DNA from: Eledone cirrhosa
Taxonomy: Eukaryota
Assembly: GCA_964016885.1 (NCBI GenBank)
Contig: OZ024740.1
Location: forward strand, 190,154,001-190,218,000
DNA: 64,000 nucleotides
Reading direction: 5' to 3'
Numbering within the stretch: position 1 is the first letter of the stretch; the number at the start of each line of letters is the position of its first letter. Of this stretch, positions 42,057-53,717 are shown piece by piece. Under the pieces are notes generated by a model. It saw nothing but the letters and a program-made list of their open reading frames with translations. It was not told the origin of the DNA and searched no databases. Made by a program: the position numbers and the translations under genes.

Positions 42057-42060
<4 letters not shown>
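41093..42060 (-). mobile_element. Penelope-like 3' fragment (GIY-YIG plus pseudo-LTR) with short inverted end, between (TA)n tracts
   Basis: NIVYSIRCTEGQCKYKNIVHIGETARSILERLNE at 41816-41945. 41990-42060 is the reverse complement of 41151-41220. Same family as 60820-61376. Confidence 0.85.
41305..41347 (-). ncRNA. Hammerhead motif (cleavage-site U apparently mutated)
   Basis: gtca-CTGAAGA-gGTCACattatatGTGAC-GAAA-GAAC-CT-tgac. Confidence 0.6.
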
Positions 42061-42143
<83 letters not shown>

Positions 42144-42173
42144 CATTTATATATTTATACATACACAAAGTAT

Positions 42174-42215
<42 letters not shown>

Positions 42216-42246
42216 ATATATATATATATGTATATATATATGCATA

Positions 42247-42308
<62 letters not shown>

Positions 42309-42396
42309 TATATACATATATGTATATATATATGTATATATATATATATAAATATATGTATATATATATGTATATATATATATATATGTGTGTGTG

Positions 42397-43011
42397 TCAC
42401 CAGTCAGGTCACCAGTTGGTGCTACTGGTAACATGTATCCCAGTACAACCTGTCTCATGGTCGGGTCGTTGGCGACTAAACTGTCAACCCCACCAAGGTT
42501 TCTTGGTGAGGAGGGTGACTTTGGACATCCTGCAGGACTAAAAACAAAACCTTTCAAAGGGAAAAGGAGCTCTTAAGAGCCAATGGCCATCCAAAATCAC
42601 CGGGAGAGATGACCCCTTAGCCTTTGTCAAAGCAGAATTCTAGGAGACGGAAAACTCTGATATAACACCTGCAACCCTGATGGTATCCAATGATGTTTTA
42701 CTTGTTCTTCTTTTTGGTAAATATCATCTTGGTTAAGAGAGTGGGACTGGCTTTGTGCAGTGCCTTTTCTCACTATAAAAGCTTCACGGCACAGGCATTG
42801 CTTTATATCTGGAGATCTTCCTGCACTTGTCAACACATGGTACCATGGGTCCAGCACTATGTGTCAATAATTGTCACAAGTGTAGTATTTGTACCAGAGT
42901 TTTCAAGTCGCTGGCTGGACTAAAAGGTCACGCTTGTTCAGCGCATCGGTAGGTCTCCTCCTACATGTATATAAAGTAGTGGCCGTACTCGAAAAGGAGT
43001 TGGCAGCCACC
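42397..43011. other. Unclassified moderately GC-rich insert between microsatellites, probably a retroelement UTR
   Basis: Composition differs sharply from the flanking (TA)n/(TG)n. No credible ORF. Confidence 0.3.
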
Positions 43012-43019
43012 ATGTATAT

Positions 43020-43144
<125 letters not shown>

Positions 43145-43268
43145 AAGATAAACACAGAATATTCGAAAATATTCCGTATGTTTATAATAAACATTTTGAA
43201 GACCTAATCGCTATAGAATAGAATACGTCACGTATTACAATTTGAGATTCTCGATAAAAGCAAGGGAA

Positions 43269-43311
43269 GTAACCTACGCGTTTCATTCTTATTAGAAATC
43301 TTCAGGATTAC
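43269..43311 (-). ncRNA. Type I hammerhead ribozyme (312-bp unit, inverted arm)
   Basis: Reverse complement reads GTAATC-CTGAAGA-tTTCTaataAGAAt-GAAA-CGCG-TA-GGTTAC. Confidence 0.85.
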
Positions 43312-43758
43312 ATATCCAATGCTTTTATCGAGAATGACACAGCTAGAGACTTATAGAATACTTAGCTGTGTACAGGAACTGGTTTGAAAGAGCGGTTGTC
43401 GGTCCGGCAGAAATTAGAATTTGGATTTAATGCTCTGAAATAGCGATATATATGTGAAGATAAACACAGAATATTCGAAAATATTCCGTATGTTTATAAT
43501 AAACATTTTGAAGACCTAATCGCTATAGAATAGAATACGTCACGTAGCGATTAGGTCTTCAAAATGTTTATTATAAACATACGGAATATTTTCGAATATT
43601 CTGTGTTTATCTTCACATATATATCGCTATTTCAGAGTATTAAATCCAAATTCTAATTTCTGCCGGACCGACAACCGCTCTTTCAAACCAGTTCCTGTAC
43701 ACAGCTAAGTATTCTATAAGTCTCTAGCTGTGTCATTCTCGATAAACGCATTGGATAT

Positions 43759-43801
43759 GTAATCCTGAAGATTTCTAATAAGAATGAAACGCGTAGGTTA
43801 C
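43759..43801 (+). ncRNA. Type I hammerhead ribozyme (312-bp unit 1)
   Basis: Stem I GTAATC/GGTTAC, core CTGAAGA and GAAA, palindromic stem III ACGCGT. Predicted cleavage after GUA at 43795. Confidence 0.88.
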
Positions 43802-44070
43802 TTCCCTTGCTTTTATCGAGAATCTCAAATTGTAATACGTGACGTATTCTATTCTATAGCGATTAGGTCTTCAAAATGTTTATTATAAACATACGGAATA
43901 TTTTCGAATATTCTGTGTTTATCTTCACATATATATCGCTATTTCAGAGCAGTAAATCCAAATTCTAATTCCTGGCGGACCGACAACCGCTCTTTCAAAC
44001 CAGTTCCTGTACACAGCTAAGTATTCTATAAGTCTCTAGCTGTGTCATTCTCGATAAAAGCATTGGATAT

Positions 44071-44113
44071 GTAATCCTGAAGATTTCTAATAAGAATGAA
44101 ACGGGTAGGTTAC
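44071..44113 (+). ncRNA. Type I hammerhead ribozyme (312-bp unit 2, stem III palindrome mutated)
   Basis: Same motif but GAAACGGGTA. Confidence 0.8.
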
Positions 44114-44382
44114 TTCCCTTGCTTTTATCGAGAAACTCAAATTGTAATACGTGACGTATTCTATTCTATAGCGATTAGGTCTTCAAAATGTTTATTATAA
44201 ACATACGGAACATTTTCGAATATACTGTGTTTATCTTCACATATATATCGCTATTTCAGAGCATTAAATCCAAATTCTAATTTCTGCCGGACCGACAACC
44301 GCTCTTTCAAACCAGTTCCTGTACACAGCTAAGTATTCTATAAGTCTCTAGCTGTGTCATTCTCGATAAAAGCATTGGATAT

Positions 44383-44425
44383 GTAATCCTGAAGATTTCT
44401 AATAAGAATGAAACGCGTAGGTTAC
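44383..44425 (+). ncRNA. Type I hammerhead ribozyme (312-bp unit 3)
   Basis: Same motif as 43759. Predicted cleavage after 44419. Confidence 0.88.
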
Positions 44426-44582
44426 TTCCCTTGCTTTTATCGAGAATCTCAAATTGTAATACGTGACGTATTCTATTCTATAGCGATTAGGTCTACAAAA
44501 TGTTTATTATAAACATGCGGAATATTTTCGAATATTCTGTGTTTATCTTCACATATATATCGCTATTTCAGAGCATTAAATC

Positions 44583-44664
<82 letters not shown>

Positions 44665-44682
44665 TCTGTGTGTGTGTGTGTA

Positions 44683-44714
<32 letters not shown>

Positions 44715-44789
44715 TGTGTCGGATGCAAGCTAAGATGCTTCCACAGGCGATATGCCGGTTGAGCACACTATGCCCTTACAGAGCAGTGT

Positions 44790-45738
44790 ATGATATAAAA
44801 TAAAACGAAAAATCAGTGATGCATCTGAACACAATTTATAATGTGTTACAATTGTTTCGCTGGCGGACAGCTCGAGACGCGATCATTGTGAGGATCTGTC
44901 TGTTTCTAGATCAGCAGGTTCGACAGACACGTCTAATGATTTCGGAGCATATTCTTCCAATGTGGTGTCTGACCCAGTGGGCTAGTACTGCAAAAAACTA
45001 CATCCTCTTCGCGCGTCCAGTTATTGGCCGCTGGTTGCCTAAGTCATCATACATAGTGACCACGGGTATTTTTTCTCTGTCGCATGTCTGCTACACTTCA
45101 ATGAGTAACTGCTGTTTTTGATAGTCCACACATCCACTCGCGCACTCACACCCACACACATACATACACACACACACACACGACGACATAGACACCGAAA
45201 GTCGTACGCATAGGCTCCCACTATACCCACACATTAAGGAGAACATATAAACATAAACATACGCATACATTCATCCAGGGCACGTACATACATAGACACA
45301 TGCCCACAGGGCTATATACATAAACACGCACACACACATGCTCATTCACATACATACACACAAACACGTACAGACATGTACGTAGGTCCCCCTCAACCCA
45401 CGCACACTCGTATGTATACACAGTTACCCATATATACACGCACAGATACACACTCGCCTGTAAATACGCATATATATATATGTATAAATACAAACAAGCC
45501 CTTTCCCTACAGGGGTGCTTGTACACACAGGCCCATATACACTCATACAAATATGCGCATATTCCCATACAAAACCACGCACGCATAAACAAATATATTT
45601 AAAAAATAATAATATTATACATATATATATACACTTAAACAGAATATACACACACATTCATATAAAGATACACAATGGGTCGTACATAAAAGGATCCATC
45701 ATCCTGTAAACATGTAACCACATAAAAAATATATACAT

Positions 45739-45772
<34 letters not shown>

Positions 45773-47976
45773 CAAATATATCAAAATATTTAAAATATTT
45801 ACAATATTAAAAATTATAAAAATATACATATGATGGCACATAGAGATACAGAGTGTGTTATACATGAAAGGGTGCACTCAGTTGTATGTGTCTACAGAGA
45901 TGTTGTTACGTTGCGAACATGGATCAATCCACGTATGGAATCTTCACGCAAGGCCACATAATGGGCGTTCAGTACATAGTACGCTCAGACCGTACAAAGA
46001 AAATGCGTACATAATATATATAAAACAACCAGAAGGAATGTGTATGCATATGAGGTAGTACACATTATAAGTATGAGATACACACGTGGATTTGCATACG
46101 GAAAATGCGTTAGGTGTTACAAAAAGGAATACGTGGAGGGTATGCACTCTATATTGAAAAGATACACCTGCAGTGGGGTGCGTGGACCGGCCGTACTGGA
46201 GTATGTCACTGTGGTTGAAGTATAGTGTCTTATTGGTGTAAGGCATTTGACCGAATATCAATTGAATCCGCGTCAACCTGTCCCGGCTGGGGTGATGTTC
46301 TTGCCTAGTGTGACGAGCAGAGTCGGGAGGGCATCCTGGGTTAACTCGGCTTACCCCACGAGGCATATATGGTCAACATTATATGGTGTCTTATCTCTTG
46401 ACCCGTTTCGTCACCTTGGTTGGCGTGCCCTCCGTCGCCTGCTTTTAGCTTGAGCTGCCCATGCGGAAAGTGTGAACCTTCTCTGGTGTCTGCACGTCAT
46501 GATTATTTCAGATTTCAGGTTGACCGCATCATCCTTCAGTCTGACTATCTCCATGGCCTTGGATAGACATACCCTCATCGTTTCTTTTTGTAACACCTAA
46601 CGCATTTTCCGTATGCAGACCCACGTGTGTATCTCATACTTATCTTTTGTACTACCTCATATGCATACACGTTCCTCCTGTCTTTATATATATTCTGTAC
46701 GCATTTTCTTTGTATTGTCTGAGCATACTATGTACTGTAATACGATGAACGCCCATTATGTGGCCTTGCGTGAAGATTCCATACGTGGATTGATCCATGG
46801 TCGCAACGTAACAACATCTTTGTAGGGTCATACAGCTGGTCACAGCCTTTCATATAAAGAACAGTGTGTATCTCTATGTGCCGTTATATGTATATTTTTT
46901 ATATTTTTAATATCGTTAATATTTTTAATATGTGTAATATTTTGTTATATTTTATATTTTATATATTTTTTATATATATGTATATGCGTATATGTATGTA
47001 TATGTATATATATATATGTGTGTATGCATGTATCTTTTATGTGTGTACATGTTTACAACAGCATGCATACATTTATGTACGACCCATTGTGTATCTTCAT
47101 ATGACTTTGTTTGTATATTCTCTTTATGTATATATATATGTATATGTATAGATATATATATATGTATACTATTATTATTTTTTGTATATATTTCTTAATG
47201 CGGGCGAGGGTGTGTATGGGAATATGCGCATATTTGTAGGAATGTATATGGGCTGTGTGTGTGTGTGTGTACATGCACCTCTGTAGGGAAATGGCTTGTT
47301 TCTATATATATATATATGATTCTTTACGAGCGAGTGTGTATCTGTGCGTGTATATATGGGTACGTGTGTATATATGTGTGTGTGCGTGAGTGAATGGGGG
47401 GGGGGGCGTACGTACATGTCTGGACGTGTTAGTGTGTACATGTATACACACGCGTATGTATGTGTATGAGCATGTGTGGGGATGTGTCTATGTATATACG
47501 TGCCTCTCCGGATGAATGTATGCGTGTTTATATGTTTATATGTTCTCCTTAACGTGTGGGTATAGCGGGTATCTATGCGTACGACTGTCGGTATGTATGT
47601 GGTTGTGTATGTGTGTATGTGTGTGTGTGAGTGCGCGAGTGGATGTGTGGACTACCAAACACAGCAGTAATTCATTGAAGCGTAGCAGACATGAGACAGA
47701 TAAATAATACCCGTGGTCAGTATTTATGATGACATAGGCAACCAACGGCCAATCACTGGAAGCGCGAAGAGCATGAGGTTTTTGGCAGCACTGGCCCACA
47801 GGGTCAGATACCCCAGTGGAAGAATATGATCCGAAATCATTAGACGTGTCTGTCGAACGTGCGGGTCCAGAATCAGACAGATCCTCACAATGATCGCGTC
47901 TCGAGCTGTCCGCCGGCGAAACAATTGTAACACACAATAAATTGAGTTCAGATGCATCACTGATTTTTCGTTTTAT
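44790..47976. mobile_element. Large fold-back (arms about 1.35 kb) around a Penelope-type C-terminal remnant
   Basis: 44800-46125 is the diverged reverse complement of 46582-47976. The spacer's minus strand reads VCLSKAMEIVRLKDDAVNLKSEIIMTCRHQRRFTL, resembling the PLE C-terminus (LNxRSE...CRH..KF.L). Confidence 0.8.
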
Positions 47977-48438
47977 AATATATTTATATCATTGAAAAAG
48001 TGAAGAATAACATGGTCAACAGCACAAAAAAAGGGGATTTATTTACAGTCTAACCAATGTTTCTCTGATTAAGTTGTCTAAAAATTGCTGAACACTAGAA
48101 GTTGTTCCACCTAATTTGAAATACGATGTTAGTCCATTCAGATCATCAGAAACTTCTACAAAAAATATATATAACCGGTAAAAATTCAAATTACATCATC
48201 AATAATAATATTAATAATAAAGATAGATAGAGAAAAAAAAGAAAGAAAGGGAAATAGATAAAGGAAAGAAATAAAGAAAATGAAAAAGAAAAAGAAAATA
48301 GAGAAACAAAAAGAAAAAAATGAGAAATGAATACAGAGAAAAAATATAGAGAAGAACAATATGGGTAAATCATGATAGAAAGAGGAGAGACACGCATAAG
48401 GAGAAATAACGTAGGTGAGAAAGAACAATAGAAGGAAA

Positions 48439-48573
48439 ATAATTGTTTCTACTTTAGGCACAAGTCCAGTACTACTGGTACTTTATTTTATCGACCCCGT
48501 AAGGATGGAAGGCAAAATAAACCTAGGCGGGATTTGAACTCAGACCGTAAAGGGTCGAAACTATGCTGGAAAG
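48439..48573 (-). mobile_element. SINE fragment (4591 family)
   Basis: gtttctactttaggcacaag...actggtactttattttatcgaccccgtaaggatg...ggcgggatttgaactcag. Confidence 0.85.
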
Positions 48574-49454
48574 TATAATGATCTCAAGAATAAATGAATA
48601 AACGTTAATACATGAATAAATGTAAATAAAATAAATAAATAAAAATTAAATAAATGCATTACATCTAATATGATACAAAATGGTATAAAACGTGAGAAGT
48701 AAAAAATGAAAATATGAAAATAAATAAGTAAAAAGTAAAAATGTGTGAAGAAAATGTAAACATATTAAGATTATTGAAAGTAGTTTTTGAGAGTGGCTAA
48801 AATATAGAGAGATACGAAGGTATAAATATGATAATGTTAAATAAATGTATGTGTGTATTTGTTATTTCAATAAATAAATAAATTAATTAGTTGTAAGTTA
48901 TATTATATTATAAAATAAAATGCCAGAGATGAAATAAATTTAGGGAGAGAAATATATAGATAGAGAGTGAAAGATAGAGATATATAAAATAAGAATGTAC
49001 ATATAAGAGGTGTTGATGGCGTTCATTGATAGATGATTACAATTATAATAATAATGATGATGATGATGATAATGAGATATTATAATAGATCTAAGTGGTA
49101 CAATTTGGGTTATGGAATAGATAAGATGAAATTAAGCTGGTCTAAAGTTCTGGAATTTGGTCACCGTGTTATGTCGACAGAAAATAGAACTTTCAATTTT
49201 ACTGTTAAGAAGCATTTTGTTGTAATTTAAATTTTGGAAAAGTTCCATATTACAGACACCGGAGTGGGACATACCAATGTGATAGGCCGTTGCTTTTGAT
49301 AGCTTCGTCCAGCTGATTTTATATTCCATGTTTGCATCCTTGAGTTGCCGGATTTTATTGGCGAGAGTCGTATTTTAGAGGTTCCTGTTAATCATAGAGT
49401 GTCTATGGACGTACCACGTTTTCTTAAACTCACCAGCTGTGGAGCCAATGTAAT

Positions 49455-49535
49455 GCCATGCTAAGATCATAGAGGGCCGTAATACTATTCAGCAAAACAT
49501 GGTGTCCGATCTACTACCGATCCTACCAATCATCC
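49455..49535 (-). mobile_element. Degenerate SINE head
   Basis: Reverse complement gattggtaggatcggtagtagatcggacaccatg resembles 4596-4630. Confidence 0.5.
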
Positions 49536-49787
49536 GCCCTTACATGCTATAAAGAAAATGATAATAAAATGTTAAAGAAAACATTTACTGCGAAAACAGG
49601 ATGGTATGCCATACAGTTGGTACAATTTCGGATTGTTTTTATGCTGCAAAAGAAAGAACACAGGAGAGGTCACAGAAATTCGAATTTCAAATAAAGACAA
49701 TATAAACGTGTGTTTAAAACTTAATATATTGTTATATTTTGTCAATAAAAACACACGGACCGGTTGATACTGCATGTTTCCTTATGG

Positions 49788-49870
<83 letters not shown>

Positions 49871-49872
<2 letters not shown>

Positions 49873-50185
49873 CGGCGATGAATTAGTTTTGCGAGGTTTT
49901 TTATATGAAATCGTGTGTCGAAACAGGTTTTGTTATATTTGGGGAGGGTCATATTTGCGTAATATTGCCAGAATTAATAACAGAACACACTCACTGTTTG
50001 GTTGGTTTTCGCTTCTCGCTGTCTTTTATATATATATATCTGCGATCTGAGGACCGAGTAAGTTAAATCGCAGATATATATATATAAAAGACAGCGAGAA
50101 GCGAAAACCAACCAAACAGTGAGTGTGTTCTGTTATTAATTCTGGCAATATTACGCAAATATGACCCTCCCCAAATATAACAATA
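49871..50185. mobile_element. Fold-back fragment of the 30.4-kb Penelope family terminal repeat, in (TA)n
   Basis: 49930-50046 and 50068-50183 are near-perfect reverse complements. gggagggtcatatt...cacactcactgtttggttggttttcgcttct matches 30441-30518. Confidence 0.85.
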
Positions 50186-50543
50186 TATATATATATCATG
50201 TAATACTGAATTTCAATACTGTAAAGCTAATGACAGTAACATGATAAAGGAAAAATGTACTCTTTAAATTCTGCCAAAAAGAAGATGTTTTTTATGCTGC
50301 AAAAGTAGGAACCGAATACACGAAAGAGCCCACATAAACACAGAAACGCGAATTTCAAACACAGACAACATATTTTTACTTAGTGAGACTGTTCCGAACT
50401 GTGTGGTAGGATCGTAAGTAGGACGTTCGTAAAGTGGGTATTGGCTATATATATATATATTAATAATAATAAAATTGAAGACTAAAATCCAAAGAGGGCT
50501 CGATAAGGAAAATATATATCAAATATATAAGAACCGTAGAGCA

Positions 50544-50899
50544 AATATTTATTAAAATAACAGATTAAAGTTTAAGCAAAGAATCGCTGCTTTCACCCTT
50601 AACGGGATCTTCTGAAACTAACAAGGTCAATCTGTAAACGCAGAACTGGATATTTCAAAAAACGTTGCAACCGGAGGAAGACAGAAGACAGGAAGACGAT
50701 ACTTTGGTTCGTGGTAACGTTCGCTTGCCAGCGAACGTTACCACGAACCAAAGTATCGTCTTCCTGTCTTCCTCCGGTTGCAACGTTTTTTGAAATATCC
50801 AGTTCTGCGTTTAGAGATTGATTTTGTTAGTTTCAGAAGATCCCTTTAAGCGTGAAAGCAGCGATTCTTTGCTTAAATTTTAATCTGTTATTTTAATAA

Positions 50900-50905
<6 letters not shown>
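50544..50905. repeat. Fold-back inverted repeat (arms about 180 bp, 6-nt loop)
   Basis: Centre ...ggtaacgttcgc-ttgcca-gcgaacgttacc... The right arm contains a degenerate hammerhead-like CAGAAGA..GAAA. Confidence 0.85.
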
Positions 50906-50933
<28 letters not shown>

Positions 50934-51147
50934 AAAAGGTAAACCTAAATAACAACACAATTGGTATTGTATATGGAAGGGATATATTAGGTTAACGCTT
51001 GATATAGCAGAAGAGGGTCTTACCGTTTCTGATGCTAGTCCTTTATTTGAAGAAAGAATGAAAAATAAGATAGATTGAGAGGATGGGCGGGATTGGAAAA
51101 ATATATTCAGATAAAAATAACAAGTGCATTCATGGTGACATCTCTTG

Positions 51148-51191
<44 letters not shown>

Positions 51192-51197
51192 AAATAT

Positions 51198-51834
51198 GAC
51201 TCGTATGACTCTAAAACCCGGTCCGCCTGTGTGGTTACATACAGACTAGCTGACACTCACTGTAAAGTGTCTAGTGAAAAGCTGAGTACATGTACATATG
51301 TATACATGTGTGTATTTATATGCATACTAATACTTCCGTATACATATGTAGATGTACACTTTAACTTAATTGTTTAAGCGTCAGTCATACAAAAGTGAGT
51401 TAGAAGCGAAACGAAATTTAATTTCGTTTCGTTATTTGTTTTTATCGTTTCCGCTGAACCGGTGCGTACAATGACTCACGTTCTATGCAAATTAGTCTAC
51501 CCACTACTAATTTTCATAGAAAAAGCATATAACGATATGTGTTTTTACAATTCTCCAGAGAAGCCGGAAGATGGGTAAATATTGCTGATGAGATGTAATA
51601 ACATCGAAACTAGTCCAATATTCCTGTCTGGCCCTCTGGAGAATAGAGGAAATGTGTTTCCTTGAAAACTCATATGACTCTAAAACCCGGTCCGCCTGTG
51701 TGGTTACATACAGACTAGCTGACACTCACTGTAAAGTGTCTAGTAAAAAGCTGAGTACATGTACATATGTATACATGTGTGTATTTATATGCATACTAAT
51801 ACTTCCGTATACATATGTAGATGTACACTTTAAC

Positions 51835-51840
<6 letters not shown>
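51198..51840 (+). mobile_element. Hammerhead-bearing non-coding element, about 1.4 tandem copies of a 469-bp unit, between (TA)n tracts
   Basis: gactctaaaacccgg...gtacactttaacttaatt repeated at 51207 and 51676. Confidence 0.85.
51578..51622 (+). ncRNA. Canonical type I hammerhead ribozyme
   Basis: AATATTG-CTGATGA-GATGTaataACATC-GAAA-CTAG-TC-CAATATT. Predicted cleavage after GUC at 51615. Confidence 0.93.
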
Positions 51841-51916
<76 letters not shown>

Positions 51917-51921
<5 letters not shown>

Positions 51922-52130
51922 GTTATTCCGGGTTGAATCGGAGGTAACCAGAGTAAGTAAGGTACTCAATACATTGCAGAGTATGAAAGTTTTAATATAC
52001 ATGAGATTCTACAGGACTAGAACTGTTTCATTCTTTAGAAATCATCAGGAATCTCATCAGAGATTCCTGATGATTTCTAAAGAATGAAACAGTTCTAGTC
52101 CTGTAGAATCTCATATATATTAAAACTATA
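51917..52130. mobile_element. Fold-back fragment with a hammerhead core at the inversion point, in (TA)n
   Basis: 51989-52055 and 52061-52127 are reverse complements. The right arm reads CTGATGA-tTTCTaaAGAAt-GAAACAGTT. Confidence 0.75.
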
Positions 52131-52156
52131 TATATATATATATGTATATAAATATG

Positions 52157-52187
<31 letters not shown>

Positions 52188-52193
52188 GCACAA

Positions 52194-52232
<39 letters not shown>

Positions 52233-52495
52233 GGAAAAATAAAACGAAATTTCATTTCTCACTCTTAGTACGGCTCTTACTTAATTATAAGTATGTATAC
52301 GTACATACATATATGTATACAGACGTACAGTAGTATGTATATATATATACATACATACACACATAGAGATATGTACGTATGGATTTACCGAACGTTTATT
52401 ATAATGCTCGGTTTGTTTGTAAACAAACATCCCGAATTAAGCCATACAGTGTTTAGCAACATCCGTTGACTTTTTGTTCAACATTGACAAAATAA

Positions 52496-52536
52496 CGAGG
52501 TACTAGTTTCAAGCTTATTAGCTATCGTCAGCACCG
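52496..52536 (-). ncRNA. Type I hammerhead motif
   Basis: Reverse complement: cggtg-CTGACGA-tAGCTaataAGCTt-GAAA-CTAG-TA-cctcg. Confidence 0.75.
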
Positions 52537-52985
52537 TATACCTTCCTGCCAGATGATATTAACGGCTGAGCAGCCTAATTTGCATATCGAGTGAGTTAAT
52601 TGGCCGACGTACTGTAGTATGTATATATATACATGCATGCACACATATAGATATGTACGTATGGATTTACCGAACATTTATTATAATGCTCGGTTTATTT
52701 GTCGGTAAATCCATACGTACATATCTAAATGTGTGCATGTATGTATATATATACATACTACTGTACGATTGTAGACATATATGTATGTACGTATACATAC
52801 TTATATTTAAGTAACAGCCGTACTAAGAGTGAGAAATGAAATTTCGTTTCGTTTTTTCCATTTATCGTTTTCGGTGCGCCCGGCCGTTTAACTCACTCGA
52901 TATGCAAATTAGGCTACTCAACCGTTAATATGCATAAGGAAATTATATATTTTCAGACGTTCAATCATCTGGCAAGAAGGTATAC

Positions 52986-53025
52986 AGTGCTGACGATAGC
53001 TAATAAATTTGAAACTAGTACATCG
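52986..53025 (+). ncRNA. Type I hammerhead motif (stem II partly decayed)
   Basis: agtg-CTGACGA-tagctaataaattt-GAAA-CTAG-TA-catcg. Confidence 0.7.
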
Positions 53026-53678
53026 TTCCTTTGTCAGTGTTGAACAAAAAGGCAACGATTGTTGCTAAACACTGTACGGCTTAATTCGGGATGTTTGTTT
53101 ACAAACAAACCGACAACTATAATAAATGTTCGGTAAATCCATACGTACATATCTATATGTGTGCATGTATATATATATATATACATACTACTGTACGTCT
53201 GTATACATATATGTATGTACGTATACATAATTATATTTATATATACATATATATACTACCAACATTTGATTAAAGTTTCTATATCTGAGAATATCAGAAG
53301 CATGCACCACATCACCCGTGGAATGAGCTCAAAGATTCCAGTTAATAAATCCGAGCATTTATTAACATTAAATTAAAAAGTCGAATGACATATATACATA
53401 GAATAAACAACTACAGGGAATATTTGTTAAAGAGTGTAAACTCACATATGTACGGAGGTAACACATTAAAAATTAACAAGTACCTTGTATATAGATTTCT
53501 TGCAATAATGGTTAATCTCCATGGAATATATTCCATGGAAGTATATTTCACGATTACTTTGTGAATCATCGATGTGAAATCTTGGATCGTTTGTTCACAC
53601 GCTTTACGAATTATGTTATACACAAGCTTTCCTTTATTGAAATATGTATAATAAAATAGAGATGATCTAAAGTAATTA

Positions 53679-53717
<39 letters not shown>

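Larger units (their letters stand above)
52232..53235. mobile_element. Inverted plus tandem hammerhead-bearing element (unit about 428 bp), related to the 51.2-kb family
   Basis: cggtaaatccatacgtacatatct at 52703 and 53131. The left arm 52232-52700 is inverted. Shares gaaatttcgtttcg...atgcaaattag with 51414-51500. Confidence 0.8.

Noticed and set aside
50828-50868. Hammerhead in the 50.5-50.9 kb fold-back
   Set aside because: The core is CAGAAGA and stems I and III cannot be formed convincingly.
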